In this document: positions 1 to 9,890 of the stretch, piece after piece
How the letters are laid out: every line of letters starts with the position of its first letter
Numbering within the stretch: position 1 is the first letter of the stretch
Assembly (NCBI GenBank): GCA_050259195.1
Contig: JBLNAE010000362.1
Coordinates: 1 to 43,613 of the forward strand
DNA: 43,613 bases
Direction of reading: 5' to 3'
Source of the DNA: Ignavibacteriales bacterium
Lineage (GTDB): Bacteria > Desulfobacterota_D > UBA1144 > Nemesobacterales > CSP1-2
Position numbers and translations under genes: made by a program
Notes under the pieces: generated by a model
The model's input: the letters and a program-made list of their open reading frames with translations, nothing else
Told to the model about the DNA's origin: nothing
Database searches by the model: none

Positions 1-133
1 GGAGCCTGCGGTTTCTTTACTCACGCTGATAGAAATGGAGCTTCCATTATCTCGTTTAGGGGCGAACTTGTAAAACGTCCTAACGTAGCAAGTAGTGAGT
101 TGATGCAATCTGTATCTCTCCGTGCTTAGTTAC

Positions 134-165
134 AAATCCCCCTGCCTTTAGCCATGGGGATTTTT
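134..165 (+). terminator. Hairpin plus T-run, possibly the intrinsic terminator of a gene upstream of the window
   Basis: AAATCCCC (134-141) pairs with GGGGATTT (156-163): an 8-bp stem with a 14-nt loop, running into T5 at 161-165. It lies in the 204 non-coding nt at the window edge. Confidence 0.3.
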
Positions 166-204
166 ACTACTCTCATCTTGTCTCTACGAGGAGGCAAGAG
201 CGGC

Positions 205-1017
205 TCAAGAATTATTTCCGACCGCAACTGTATCCTCTCCAGGTTCGCTATACCAGCGTGCGAGTGTGAGCATGATCACAAAGGTATATAGAATGCAACA
301 TGGAACCCACATTAAAAGCCCCCCAATCTGCTGGTCAATCCTTGGTGAAATGCCCCAGCCGTCCCGAATAAAAGATAAAATACCCAGGGCATCATTCGGA
401 TGGAGATACGTTGGATAAAGACCAACCGATGAGAAGGTTATAATAATGCCCAGTATGGTACATGCAACACAGGCAGAGAAGAGATAAGGGATTGATATAA
501 GCGGCGAAAGGCGCATATCCGGCGACGGCGCATTAACAGGCCACCAGAATATTATCCCCATCACTATGAGAGATAATTGCTCAACCATATGGATGGCCTC
601 ATTGTGTAATGCCAAATTATATAAGGCTGGTATGTGCCATATCCACATAGCTCCAACGCCAAAAAACCATCCCAAAAGAGGCCATCCAAGTGCTCCTCCT
701 GCACTCCCAGCAGGCGGCCAGACCAATACTCTTTTAACAACTTCGGAAGGGATGCCAAGCAGCAAAAGAAAGGGCACAACCAGCAAGAGCAACACATGCT
801 GTACCATGTGCGCGCTAAAAAGGTAGACGTGGCCGAGTTCATTGAGCGGTGATGACAAGGCAAGAAATAGTAGAATAATTCCTGAGACAAAAAACAGCGC
901 TCTTTTGGAAAAATGGAAACCAAGTGCCACACCATAGATTAAAACCAGCGCTACGCACCCCATCAATACCAGCGGGTTCCAATCCCAGGTTGAGGTTAAT
1001 ATCTGCCAAGTTGTCAT
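205..1017 (-). CDS. ctaG: Cytochrome c oxidase assembly factor CtaG (Bacillus/caa3 type), polytopic membrane protein
   Basis: Multi-TM ORF directly downstream of ctaE. The ATG at 1017 overlaps the ctaE stop as ATGA (1014-1017); the longer track ORF to 1059 would overlap ctaE by 46 nt. The family call rests on operon position and hydrophobic pattern. Confidence 0.7.
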   Translation of the reverse strand: MTTWQILTSTWDWNPLVLMGCVALVLIYGVALGFHFSKRALFFVSGIILLFLALSSPLNELGHVYLFSAHMVQHVLLLLVVPFLLLLGIPSEVVKRVLVWPPAGSAGGALGWPLLGWFFGVGAMWIWHIPALYNLALHNEAIHMVEQLSLIVMGIIFWWPVNAPSPDMRLSPLISIPYLFSACVACTILGIIITFSSVGLYPTYLHPNDALGILSFIRDGWGISPRIDQQIGGLLMWVPCCILYTFVIMLTLARWYSEPGEDTVAVGNNS

Positions 1018-1586
1018 ATGTACACCCCCAGATAAACAATCGAGAATATCACTATCCATACTGCATCAACAAAGTGCCAGTAGAGGGAAATCGCTCCTAC
1101 CGCGGATGATTTTCCGTTTTTAAAATCCCCTGCGAGGGCTAAACCGAAAAGAATTCCGAGCGCAACAAGCCCTACAAAAACGTGAAAACCATGAAAACCT
1201 GTTAGAGTAAAAAACGTCGTGCCGAAAAGGCCGCTGCTAATCGTCACGTTCTTGCCTATAAGACCCGACCACTCTATGCCCTGTCCAAAGAGAAACACCG
1301 CTCCGAGTAGGATTGTAGCGAGAAGCCACGTACAAAACCTTGAATACCTGCCCCGTTCGAGGTCTCTTTCCGCCAGCCAAACAGTGAGACTGCTTGACAA
1401 CAGGATAAGTGTATTGATCCCGGTTCTTGCCGGCTCCAAGTACCTATTTGCAGTTAGAGAGGATTCACCGTGAAAATACACATACGCCAATATCAGCATA
1501 AGAAAAAAATTGGCCTCCGATATGATAAATATAATTACGCCCAGTCTATTCCTTTCAATCATCGGCAAAACCTCCGTTATTTTCAA
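1014..1586 (-). CDS. ctaE: Heme-copper oxidase subunit III
   Basis: 190-aa five-TM protein with the GFHGFHVFVG and WHFVDAVW motifs typical of subunit III. It overlaps the end of ctaD by 4 nt. Confidence 0.9.
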   Translation of the reverse strand: MKITEVLPMIERNRLGVIIFIISEANFFLMLILAYVYFHGESSLTANRYLEPARTGINTLILLSSSLTVWLAERDLERGRYSRFCTWLLATILLGAVFLFGQGIEWSGLIGKNVTISSGLFGTTFFTLTGFHGFHVFVGLVALGILFGLALAGDFKNGKSSAVGAISLYWHFVDAVWIVIFSIVYLGVYI

Positions 1587-3259
1587 TCCGCCTCATTTGG
1601 ATGAGACAGGTCCCACAGCGGGCGTCGGCCTCTTACAGGCGGCACATTATCAAAATTGTGAACAGGGGGCGGAGAGGTAGTCGCCCACTCAAGCGTCCAG
1701 GCATCCCATGGGTTATTACCTGCGGGTTTGCCGCTCCGCAGGCTGATAATTACATTCCATATAAATGCGAGCACGGATAGGGCCAGGATGAAAGCGCCCA
1801 CAGTTGAAATTAAGTTAAGCACGCCCCAGTAGGGCAAGTCGGGATATGTATAAACGCGGCGCGGCATACCTATCAGTCCGAGTATGTGTTGAACGAAGAA
1901 CGTAAGATTAAATCCAATTAGCATCAGCCAGAAATTGACCTTGCCCCATCCCTCTGAAAGCATCCTTCCGGTAATCTTAGGGAACCAGTAATAAGCCCCT
2001 GCCATTATCCCAAAGGCTGTCCCCCCAAAGAGCACATAGTGGAAATGCGCCACCACATAATATGTATCCGTCGTCTGCCAATCTATTGGTACGGCGGCAA
2101 AGTGCACACCACTGAGTCCACCGACCGTAAACTGCACAAGAAAGGCAATGGCGAAAAGCATGGATGTCGTAAAACGGATAGAGCCGCCCCACATTGTAGC
2201 AGTCCAGTTAAAAATCTTCACACCCGTTGGAACCGCAATAAGCATGCTTGCTGCCCCAAACGCGCCATCGAGGGTATGACCCATGCCGGTTGTGAACATA
2301 TGATGTGCCCACACCCCAAAGCTGAGGAGGCCGATTGCCACAGTTGATCCGGCCACAAATTCATATCCAAAGATCGGCTTGCGTGAAAAGACCGGAATAA
2401 CCTCGGACATAATGCCAAATGCGGGGAGCACCATTATATAGACCTCCGGATGTCCAAATCCCCAAAATAGATGTTGCCACAGGATCGCGGAGCCTCCTGA
2501 AGAGGGTATAAAGAATCTCGCATTGAGAAACCGGTCGGCAAGAATCATCACAAGCGAGGCATTGAGTATAGATAGCGCAAGAATGATCAAAAAACTGTTG
2601 ACTAAGACCATCCATACAAAGAGCGGAAGCCGACGCATCGTTAACCCCGGGACACGCAGCGCAATTATTGTAACGATGAGATTAATGGCAGTTGCCACAG
2701 TGCCGATTCCCGTAATCAGCAGACCGAGCGCCCAGTAGTCCATGCCTGTAAGGGATGAGTAGGGTTTTTCGCTGAGGGGGGCGTAACTAAACCATCCGGC
2801 CGCAGGCGCGCCGCCCTGAGTGAGAAAGCTGAAATAGAGAAATAAACCACCGAAGATCAGCAGCCATAAGCTCAATGCATTCAATCGGGGAAAGGCCATA
2901 TCGCGCGCGCCTATCATGAGAGGCACAAGATAATTCGCAAACCCGATTAACATCGGCATGACAACCAAAAATATCATCGTGGTACCGTGCATTGTAAAAA
3001 TCTGATTATAGACCTCTGGAGAAAGAAATGTTCCATTAGGTCGAGCAAGCTGAATACGCATAAAGAGCGACTCAACGCCGCCGACAATGAAGAAGAATAG
3101 AGTAACTATAAGGTACATGATACCAATCTGCTTATGGTCAACCGATGATACCCAGCCAAGCAGACCCCCGCTCTCCCAAATTGCGGGAATGGGTTCTTCG
3201 GTCGGTTCTGGAACCACTAACTCGTCTCTGCCCGTTACAGACCGAATCTCATCGCTCAT
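1583..3259 (-). CDS. ctaD: Cytochrome c oxidase subunit I
   Basis: 558 aa carrying subunit I signatures: WFFGHPEVY-like LFWGFGHPEVYIMVLP, WAHHMF and YYVVAHFHYVL. It overlaps ctaC by 4 nt. Confidence 0.97.
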   Translation of the reverse strand: MSDEIRSVTGRDELVVPEPTEEPIPAIWESGGLLGWVSSVDHKQIGIMYLIVTLFFFIVGGVESLFMRIQLARPNGTFLSPEVYNQIFTMHGTTMIFLVVMPMLIGFANYLVPLMIGARDMAFPRLNALSLWLLIFGGLFLYFSFLTQGGAPAAGWFSYAPLSEKPYSSLTGMDYWALGLLITGIGTVATAINLIVTIIALRVPGLTMRRLPLFVWMVLVNSFLIILALSILNASLVMILADRFLNARFFIPSSGGSAILWQHLFWGFGHPEVYIMVLPAFGIMSEVIPVFSRKPIFGYEFVAGSTVAIGLLSFGVWAHHMFTTGMGHTLDGAFGAASMLIAVPTGVKIFNWTATMWGGSIRFTTSMLFAIAFLVQFTVGGLSGVHFAAVPIDWQTTDTYYVVAHFHYVLFGGTAFGIMAGAYYWFPKITGRMLSEGWGKVNFWLMLIGFNLTFFVQHILGLIGMPRRVYTYPDLPYWGVLNLISTVGAFILALSVLAFIWNVIISLRSGKPAGNNPWDAWTLEWATTSPPPVHNFDNVPPVRGRRPLWDLSHPNEAD

Positions 3260-4197
3260 TTTAATCCCTCCAGATACGCAACAAGGGCGTTTACTTCCGA
3301 ATCCGAAAGCCTCATATTGGGCATAAGGCTTCCGGGCTTAACCGACTGTGTATTTGCCAGCCACTTGGCAAGGCTGGATGGAGTGTTCTCTATAACGCCA
3401 GCCCCAATGGTCTGTCGGTCACGTAAATGCGTTAAGTCTGGACCGATGCGAGCATCCGCTCTTGTACCAGCGATAGCATGACAATTTGCACATGTTCGCT
3501 CCTGAAATATTTGTGCGCCCCGTGCCGCTTCGCCAACGGTCGGAGTTGTGGGGACGTGGAGTTGTTCCTGTTGCCATAAATCGAAATCAGATTGCAGCCG
3601 TGCAATGACCCGGATGCGCATCCACGCATGTTGTGTACCGCAATACTCAGAGCACGCGCCTAAATATATGCCCGCCCTATCAGCCTCCAGCCATATGGTA
3701 TTAGGATGGCCCGGCACCGTATCCATCTTTCGGGCCAGTTGCGGCACCCAGAAGTCATGAATCACATCCTCAGACTTGAGGAGGACGAGAAACCTTTTGC
3801 CAATGGGCAGATGAATCTCATTCGCCGTCACAACACCCGATTGTGGATAGTGTACCTCCCACCACCATTGATGACCTATTACCACAAGGTCGGGTTGCTG
3901 ATGGGACTCAGGCGAGGGATCGGCTCTGTGCATTGTGTAGGCAGTATATGCAAAGAGAAATATTAACATCAGCAAAGGCACTACAGTCCACGTAATTTCG
4001 AGCTTTCTCTCTCCAAGCACCTGTTTCGGTTCACCGTCTCCCGGTCGGCTTCGATACCGAACCATTATGTATATAAGAGAGCCTGTGACGATTATAAATA
4101 TAAACGCGGAAATAATCAGGGCTAAGTAAAACAGGTTTGCAATGCTTAAAGCTTGGGGTGAGCTTGGATTGAATGGCGAACTGATTAAGTTGATCAT
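3256..4197 (-). CDS. ctaC: Cytochrome c oxidase subunit II fused to a cytochrome c domain (caa3 type)
   Basis: Two N-terminal TM helices, the CuA site HDFWVP...CSEYCGTQHAWM, and a C-terminal CANCH haem-c motif. Confidence 0.95.
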   Translation of the reverse strand: MINLISSPFNPSSPQALSIANLFYLALIISAFIFIIVTGSLIYIMVRYRSRPGDGEPKQVLGERKLEITWTVVPLLMLIFLFAYTAYTMHRADPSPESHQQPDLVVIGHQWWWEVHYPQSGVVTANEIHLPIGKRFLVLLKSEDVIHDFWVPQLARKMDTVPGHPNTIWLEADRAGIYLGACSEYCGTQHAWMRIRVIARLQSDFDLWQQEQLHVPTTPTVGEAARGAQIFQERTCANCHAIAGTRADARIGPDLTHLRDRQTIGAGVIENTPSSLAKWLANTQSVKPGSLMPNMRLSDSEVNALVAYLEGLK

Positions 4198-4349
4198 ACC
4201 ATCTGTCTGTTCTTAATTAACCACAATTAATACAGATGAGAATAATCGAGATTCATTGTAAAGGATACAAGATACAAATGGATCATGCATCATTTTTTTT
4301 ATCCCCGTTCATTCGTGGCTAATTAAATTCTTTTCGCATCTTCATACAA

Positions 4350-5438
4350 TCATGTCACAAAGAAAAATGCTAAAGCCAGAAGCGTATAGACAACAATCAG
4401 CAATAAACCCTCGAACCATGTCGTCTCCCCATCTTGAGCGATTGCATTGACCGCAAATGCCACACCGGCGATTGCAATCAACTCAAGCGGACTATTAAAT
4501 ACAAGATTCATTGGATGTCCTATGGTGTATGAAACGAGGACGAGGATCGGGGCGGTCATAAGCGCTACCTGTATGGTTGAGCCAACGGCGATACTCATGA
4601 CTAAATCCATCTGGTCTTCCCGGGCAAAATACACAGCCGCAAAATACTCAGCGGCATTTCCAATTATAGGTAGAACAATCACACCTAAAAAGAACTCCGA
4701 CAAGCCGAGCGCACCTGCAGTTGACTCAAGGGCGCCGGAGACCAGATCGGCTTCTACAGCAACTATAACTGTCGCGCCTACTAAAACAGCAAGCGATTTA
4801 GAGAGCGACCATTCAGCGCGCCCTTCCCCTTCGGAACCGGCGAATATATCACGGTGCGTAATCAAGGTATATACGAGGTTCCCCGCATAGGCTAGGATCA
4901 GTACTATAGCTACACCCAGGCTGAGGTGTTCATCCAACAACCTCGTCTCCGAGGCATGGAGGTTTCGCTCAGTGTAGTCGAATAGCGCCGGGAGTATAAG
5001 GGCAATAACCGAAAGGATTAGAAGGCTCGAAAGTAAACCCGCCCGCTCGCGCTTAAATGTCTGCTTCTCGCGTCCCCAACTGCCAACCAGAATTGCAAGA
5101 CCCAGACCCAGCAAACTGTTTCCGACAATCGAGCCGGTGATTGTAGCCTTCACGACGCCTGTTTTCCCCTCGGCAAGCACAAAGATTGCGAGGATCAGCT
5201 CGGCCGCATTACCAAAAGTAACGTTCAAGAGGCCGCCAATTGCCGACCCTGCAATGAGTGCCATCTGCTCAGTTGCGCGTTGAATCCAGTTTGCAAGTGG
5301 GATAATCGCAATCGCAGAGATAATAAAGACCCAGAGGGGCGGCGCGTGAATATATACCAAAATGAGCGAGAGCGGCACGAACAGAAGCGCAAATCCGGCA
5401 ATCAATTCCCCAGTTTTCACCTGTGACCAGACCGGCAT
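4350..5438 (-). CDS. cax: Ca2+/H+ (cation/proton) exchanger, CaCA/CAX family
   Basis: About 11 TM segments with the two alpha-repeat signatures [12 protein letters not shown] and [11 protein letters not shown]. Confidence 0.85.
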   Translation of the reverse strand: MPVWSQVKTGELIAGFALLFVPLSLILVYIHAPPLWVFIISAIAIIPLANWIQRATEQMALIAGSAIGGLLNVTFGNAAELILAIFVLAEGKTGVVKATITGSIVGNSLLGLGLAILVGSWGREKQTFKRERAGLLSSLLILSVIALILPALFDYTERNLHASETRLLDEHLSLGVAIVLILAYAGNLVYTLITHRDIFAGSEGEGRAEWSLSKSLAVLVGATVIVAVEADLVSGALESTAGALGLSEFFLGVIVLPIIGNAAEYFAAVYFAREDQMDLVMSIAVGSTIQVALMTAPILVLVSYTIGHPMNLVFNSPLELIAIAGVAFAVNAIAQDGETTWFEGLLLIVVYTLLALAFFFVT

Positions 5439-5553
5439 CGCTCCATAACTATATCAGACTTATGTAAATTGTGCGCTGCTTTTTATTTCTATCTGATACC
5501 ATTCATCCACCAATTTTGGTCAGGATGAAAGCAGCGAGGAATCCAATTTAATC

Positions 5554-8500
5554 TTACTCAGTTCTCCTGCTGCTCAGTCCCCACGCTAACGCGCCGCCGA
5601 CAAGCAACCCTGCTCCGATGATTGCCGCCTTCCGTAGCGCTGGCCGTAGCCGTTTAGAGTTTTCTTGCTTAACATATTTCCTTTCGGGATAATCTCCTCC
5701 TGGTCCATCGGGACCCTCGCGCATGGCCATCTGTATTACCTGGGCAAGATGGAGCGCATGACGGTCTGTGGTCTGAGAGATTTGCTCGCGGCAGCTAAAC
5801 CCATTAGCGATAATCAGTGTATCCTTTGAGGCATCACGAATATGCGGCAGCAATGCATGTTCGCCAACTCTTATAGACACATTATAATGGTCTTTTTCAA
5901 ATCCGAATGCACCCGCCATACCACAGCAGCCGGAGTCGAGAATCTTAGCGTCAAGGCCGAGCTTCGAGAGCACCTTCTCCTCATCATTCATTCCCATGAT
6001 TGCCTTATGATGGCAGTGTCCGTGCACCACAGCCCTGCGATTGAGTTTGGGAGGCTGATAGCCATTTGCCCTCTTTTCCATAAATTCGCTCAATAAAAAC
6101 GTCTGCCGACTGAGCCGCTTCGCATCTTCATCGTGAGGAAAGAGATTTATCAGTTCATCGCGAAAAACTGCCGCGCAACTCGGCTCCAGAACAACCACCG
6201 GAATACCAGCTCTGATCTGCGGTCTGATGGTATCGAGAATATTTTGAAGCCAGCGTTTAGCGGTATCGAGAAATCCGTAATCATAGAGAGGCCGCCCGCA
6301 GCACATACTTTCCTGCGGCACCTCAACATGAAAACCCGCCGCCTCCAAAACCTCAACCGCGGCTTGAGCAGTCGTTGGATGGAAATGGTTGTTGAATGTG
6401 TCAGGCCACAAAATCACTAACTTATCATTATTCCACCCATTCCTCTTTTCATTACGCTCATGGAACCAATCCTTAAACGTCTGTGGCGCAAACCTTGGTA
6501 TCCGTCGCTCAAGCGCTATATCTGCCATTACCTTTGCGGCATCTCGAATCAGAGGGGTTTGAGTGAAGAAGTTGGCCACACCCGGCATAAATGAGGCCAA
6601 TCGTGACCACAAATAAATATAGCCGAACGCATATGCGTACCTCGGCCTGACCTTTCCTTCATAATAGTGAGATAGAAACTCGGATTTGTATGTGGCCATA
6701 TCCACATTCACCGGGCAATCTCCTTTACAGCCCTTGCAAGATAAGCACAGGTCTAGTGCCTCTTTGACACTCTCTTCGCGCCAGCCATTCTTGCCTATAA
6801 CATCACCCTCAAGCATCTCAAAGAGCAGGCGGGCGCGCCCACGGGTTGAGTGCGACTCCTCACGGGTCGCTCTGTAGCTTGGGCACATAGTTTTGCCATG
6901 TTCTCTTCGGCACTCCCCGACACCGACGCAACGCACCATTGCCCTGGAAAAACTTCCGTCATCATCGGGAAATTTGAAATGGGTCTTTGGCTTCCAGGGG
7001 TTGTAACCCGTGCCGAGGCGCAGATTTTCATCCGTACGATACGCGTCTATTAATTTGCCGGGATTCATCTTCCATTCCGGGTCCCAGATGGATTTGAATT
7101 CTCGAAATACCTCCATCAACTCATCCCCAAACATTATAGGCAATAACTCACCACGCGATTGACCGTCACCGTGCTCTCCTGAGAGAGAACCGCCATAGCC
7201 AACCACCAGATGAGCCGCTTCGTGTATGAATGAACGATACCTTTCAATGCCCTCTTTTGTCACGAGGTCAAAGTCAATACGCGTGTGAACACAGCCCTGA
7301 CCGAAGTGGCCATAAAGCGAACAGGCATATCCGTACTTATTAAACAGCTTCCGCAGGTCACGCAGGTAGCCGCCCAACTTCTCAGGGGGCACGGACGAAT
7401 CCTCCCAACCCTCCCATGTGTCTTTCTCTCCGGGCACTCGCGCCGTTGCCCCTAATCCAGACTCGCGTACTGTCCAGATTGTTTTCTCTGCCTCAGGATC
7501 ATCAAAGAGTTTCATGCTCGGCGGGTTTCCTTTCTTCTTTAACTCATCCATCAAGCCACGTGCTTTACCATCAGCCTCTTTCTTACTCTCCCCGCCAAAT
7601 TCAACCAGCAGCCAGCCGCTGCCATCCGGCAGTAATTTCACGTCGGACGGATGCAGCCCCTTCTTTTTCATATCGTCAACAAGAACATCATCCATGCCCT
7701 CCAATCCTATTAGCTTATGAGAGAGAATTTCCATTATATGATCCCCAGCGGTATAGACATCCGGGTAACCGAGTACAAGGAGAGAGCGCACGGGAGGGCT
7801 GTAGACGAGGCGCACAGTCGCCTCGAGAATGGTAACGCATGTGCATTCACTCCCGACAAGAACACGGGCAACGTTGAACCCATTTTCAGGAAGCAATTCG
7901 GGAAGATTGTAACCGGAAACGCGACGCGGAATATTCGGAAAACGCTTGCGAATGAGGTCGGCATATTTATCACGAAGGGAATTGAGTTTTAGATAAATCT
8001 CGCCCTGTCGGCCACCCTCGCTTATGATCCGTTCCAGGTTCCTGTCATTTGTCTTTCCGACGTGCATACGCGCCCCATCGTATGTGAGTATATCCAACTC
8101 TTCAACGTTCTCTGCTGTGTTGCCCGCCATCACGGAGTGCACACCGCATGAATTATTTCCTATCATTCCGCCAAGCGTACAATGGTTATGCGTAGAGGGG
8201 TCAGGTCCAAACGTAAGGTTATATCTCTCGGCCTCGTTCCGCAGGTCATCGAGAACAACTCCCGGCTGCACACGCGCCCGCTTTCTCTCCGGGTCTATCT
8301 CTATAATCTTGTTCATGTACTTTGACATATCCATAACCACCGCAACGTTACAGCACTGCCCGGCAAGGCTTGTGCCGCCGCCCCGCGCAAGCACAGGTGC
8401 CCCGAAGCGCCGTGCGGTCTTTACAGTCTCTATAACGTCTTTCGCATCCCTCGGGATTACAACGCCAATTGGCACCTGACGATAATTCGAGCCATCCGTT

Positions 8501-8646
8501 GAATAGAGCGCCCGGCTTCCATTATCAAATCGCACCTCGCCTCCAATTTTAGCCCGTAATTCAGATTCCATCGCCTTAGCGTCTATAATAGTAGAACCCA
8601 TCCCGCTTCTAAGAGCGCCATTTTTTCTTTTAATCTCGTCTTGCAT
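5554..8646 (-). CDS. FAD-linked oxidase fused to an Fe-S (CCG) domain, YdiJ-like D-2-hydroxyacid dehydrogenase family, with a C-terminal hydrophobic tail
   Basis: N-terminal FAD_binding_4-like region (ARGGGTSLAGQ), central CxxCxxCxxxC clusters (CLSCKGCKGDCP) and C-terminal Cys-rich repeats. The last 25 aa form a hydrophobic helix (AAIIGAGLLVGGALAWGLS). I start the gene at ATG 8646 because it follows the SD GAGGAGGG (8653-8660); the track ORF runs on to 8736. Confidence 0.85.
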   Translation of the reverse strand: MQDEIKRKNGALRSGMGSTIIDAKAMESELRAKIGGEVRFDNGSRALYSTDGSNYRQVPIGVVIPRDAKDVIETVKTARRFGAPVLARGGGTSLAGQCCNVAVVMDMSKYMNKIIEIDPERKRARVQPGVVLDDLRNEAERYNLTFGPDPSTHNHCTLGGMIGNNSCGVHSVMAGNTAENVEELDILTYDGARMHVGKTNDRNLERIISEGGRQGEIYLKLNSLRDKYADLIRKRFPNIPRRVSGYNLPELLPENGFNVARVLVGSECTCVTILEATVRLVYSPPVRSLLVLGYPDVYTAGDHIMEILSHKLIGLEGMDDVLVDDMKKKGLHPSDVKLLPDGSGWLLVEFGGESKKEADGKARGLMDELKKKGNPPSMKLFDDPEAEKTIWTVRESGLGATARVPGEKDTWEGWEDSSVPPEKLGGYLRDLRKLFNKYGYACSLYGHFGQGCVHTRIDFDLVTKEGIERYRSFIHEAAHLVVGYGGSLSGEHGDGQSRGELLPIMFGDELMEVFREFKSIWDPEWKMNPGKLIDAYRTDENLRLGTGYNPWKPKTHFKFPDDDGSFSRAMVRCVGVGECRREHGKTMCPSYRATREESHSTRGRARLLFEMLEGDVIGKNGWREESVKEALDLCLSCKGCKGDCPVNVDMATYKSEFLSHYYEGKVRPRYAYAFGYIYLWSRLASFMPGVANFFTQTPLIRDAAKVMADIALERRIPRFAPQTFKDWFHERNEKRNGWNNDKLVILWPDTFNNHFHPTTAQAAVEVLEAAGFHVEVPQESMCCGRPLYDYGFLDTAKRWLQNILDTIRPQIRAGIPVVVLEPSCAAVFRDELINLFPHDEDAKRLSRQTFLLSEFMEKRANGYQPPKLNRRAVVHGHCHHKAIMGMNDEEKVLSKLGLDAKILDSGCCGMAGAFGFEKDHYNVSIRVGEHALLPHIRDASKDTLIIANGFSCREQISQTTDRHALHLAQVIQMAMREGPDGPGGDYPERKYVKQENSKRLRPALRKAAIIGAGLLVGGALAWGLSSRRTE

Positions 8647-8732
8647 ATCTTTCCCTCCTCGTCTTTGTAGCGGCAAATCCCCGTTTAAAGAAATAGACAA
8701 AATGGGTGAACCCCGCTGTTCACCACTACGAT

Positions 8733-9779
8733 TCAAACAGCATAACGCTCAGCATCAGAGCGCTTGAATTCAAGGCCAAGTCCGGGCCGCGATAGATCCG
8801 GGTGCAATTGCCCATTAATGGGCGTAAGAGCGCCGTCGAAGAGCATGTGTTCAATCCGCTCATGGTCGTGAAAATATTCTATGTGGCAAACAGAGTTGAG
8901 CGCACAGCACGGCTGCACATGAAGAGACGGAGCTGTGTGAGCCGAAAGCAACAGGCAGTGAGATTCGCAGAGCACACCTACACGCAAAAATTCGGTAATC
9001 CCCGCGCATCTCGACCCATCAGCCTGAAGCACATCCACCGCTCCCGCATCGAGCATCCGGCGGAAATAGAAAAGGTCATAGCCATATTCCCCTGCGGCAA
9101 TGTCCATACCTACAGGGGCGCGGTCCCGAATCAACTGAAGTCCATTAAGATCATCAGATGACACAGGCTCTTCAAACCAGCTCACTCCAAACTCTGAAAA
9201 GGCTTCAGCAAAAGCAAGGGCTTGTTTGCGTGTGTATGCGCCATTGGCATCAACAAAAAGCTTTGCATCATGCCCGATTGCCTCGCGAGCGGCGCGTACA
9301 CGATCAATATCATTCTTGGGATGCGTGCCTATCTTCATCTTCACGCGGGATATGCCCTGATCAACCCATCCGCCGAGTTGCTTTTGTAACTGTGATATTG
9401 AATAAGACGTGAACCCACCGCTTCCATATACGGGGACGCTGTCGTGCACTGCTCCAAGGAGCGTGACAAGAGGCAAATCAAGGAGACGTGCCTTCAGGTC
9501 CCACAGCGCCACATCAACGGCAGATATAGCCATTGATGCAATCCCCGAACGCCCAAGGTTGCGGATGGCATAGACCATAGCCGACCATGCCCCCGATATA
9601 GACATTACATCACGTCCCTTAACCATGTCTGCAAGCAAATCCTTAATTAGCCGCGCAGTCGCAGTATCGGCGTAAGTAAAGCCGATCCCCCGCTTGCCGC
9701 CCGCATTTGCTTCGACAAGGACAAGCGTGGTTTTTTCCCAAGCAAACGTGCCATCCGACTCAGGAAAGTCGGTTGGCAC
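8733..9779 (-). CDS. Enolase-superfamily enzyme (mandelate racemase / muconate lactonizing enzyme family)
   Basis: MR/MLE-type layout with a VDANGAY...EEP...D metal-ligand pattern. The N-terminal capping-domain sequence continues in frame upstream of the GTG at 9779 to about 9830, where no canonical start exists (see findings). Confidence 0.85.
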   Translation of the reverse strand: MPTDFPESDGTFAWEKTTLVLVEANAGGKRGIGFTYADTATARLIKDLLADMVKGRDVMSISGAWSAMVYAIRNLGRSGIASMAISAVDVALWDLKARLLDLPLVTLLGAVHDSVPVYGSGGFTSYSISQLQKQLGGWVDQGISRVKMKIGTHPKNDIDRVRAAREAIGHDAKLFVDANGAYTRKQALAFAEAFSEFGVSWFEEPVSSDDLNGLQLIRDRAPVGMDIAAGEYGYDLFYFRRMLDAGAVDVLQADGSRCAGITEFLRVGVLCESHCLLLSAHTAPSLHVQPCCALNSVCHIEYFHDHERIEHMLFDGALTPINGQLHPDLSRPGLGLEFKRSDAERYAV

Positions 9780-9890
9780 AGAGTAGGCCGAAACATCGAG
9801 CCGTTCGATTTTAGTATCTATGCTTTTAATACCAATGCGCCCCCTTTGTTATATAGAGCACAGTGCGCTGTGCCTCTACCCCATCAGTTG

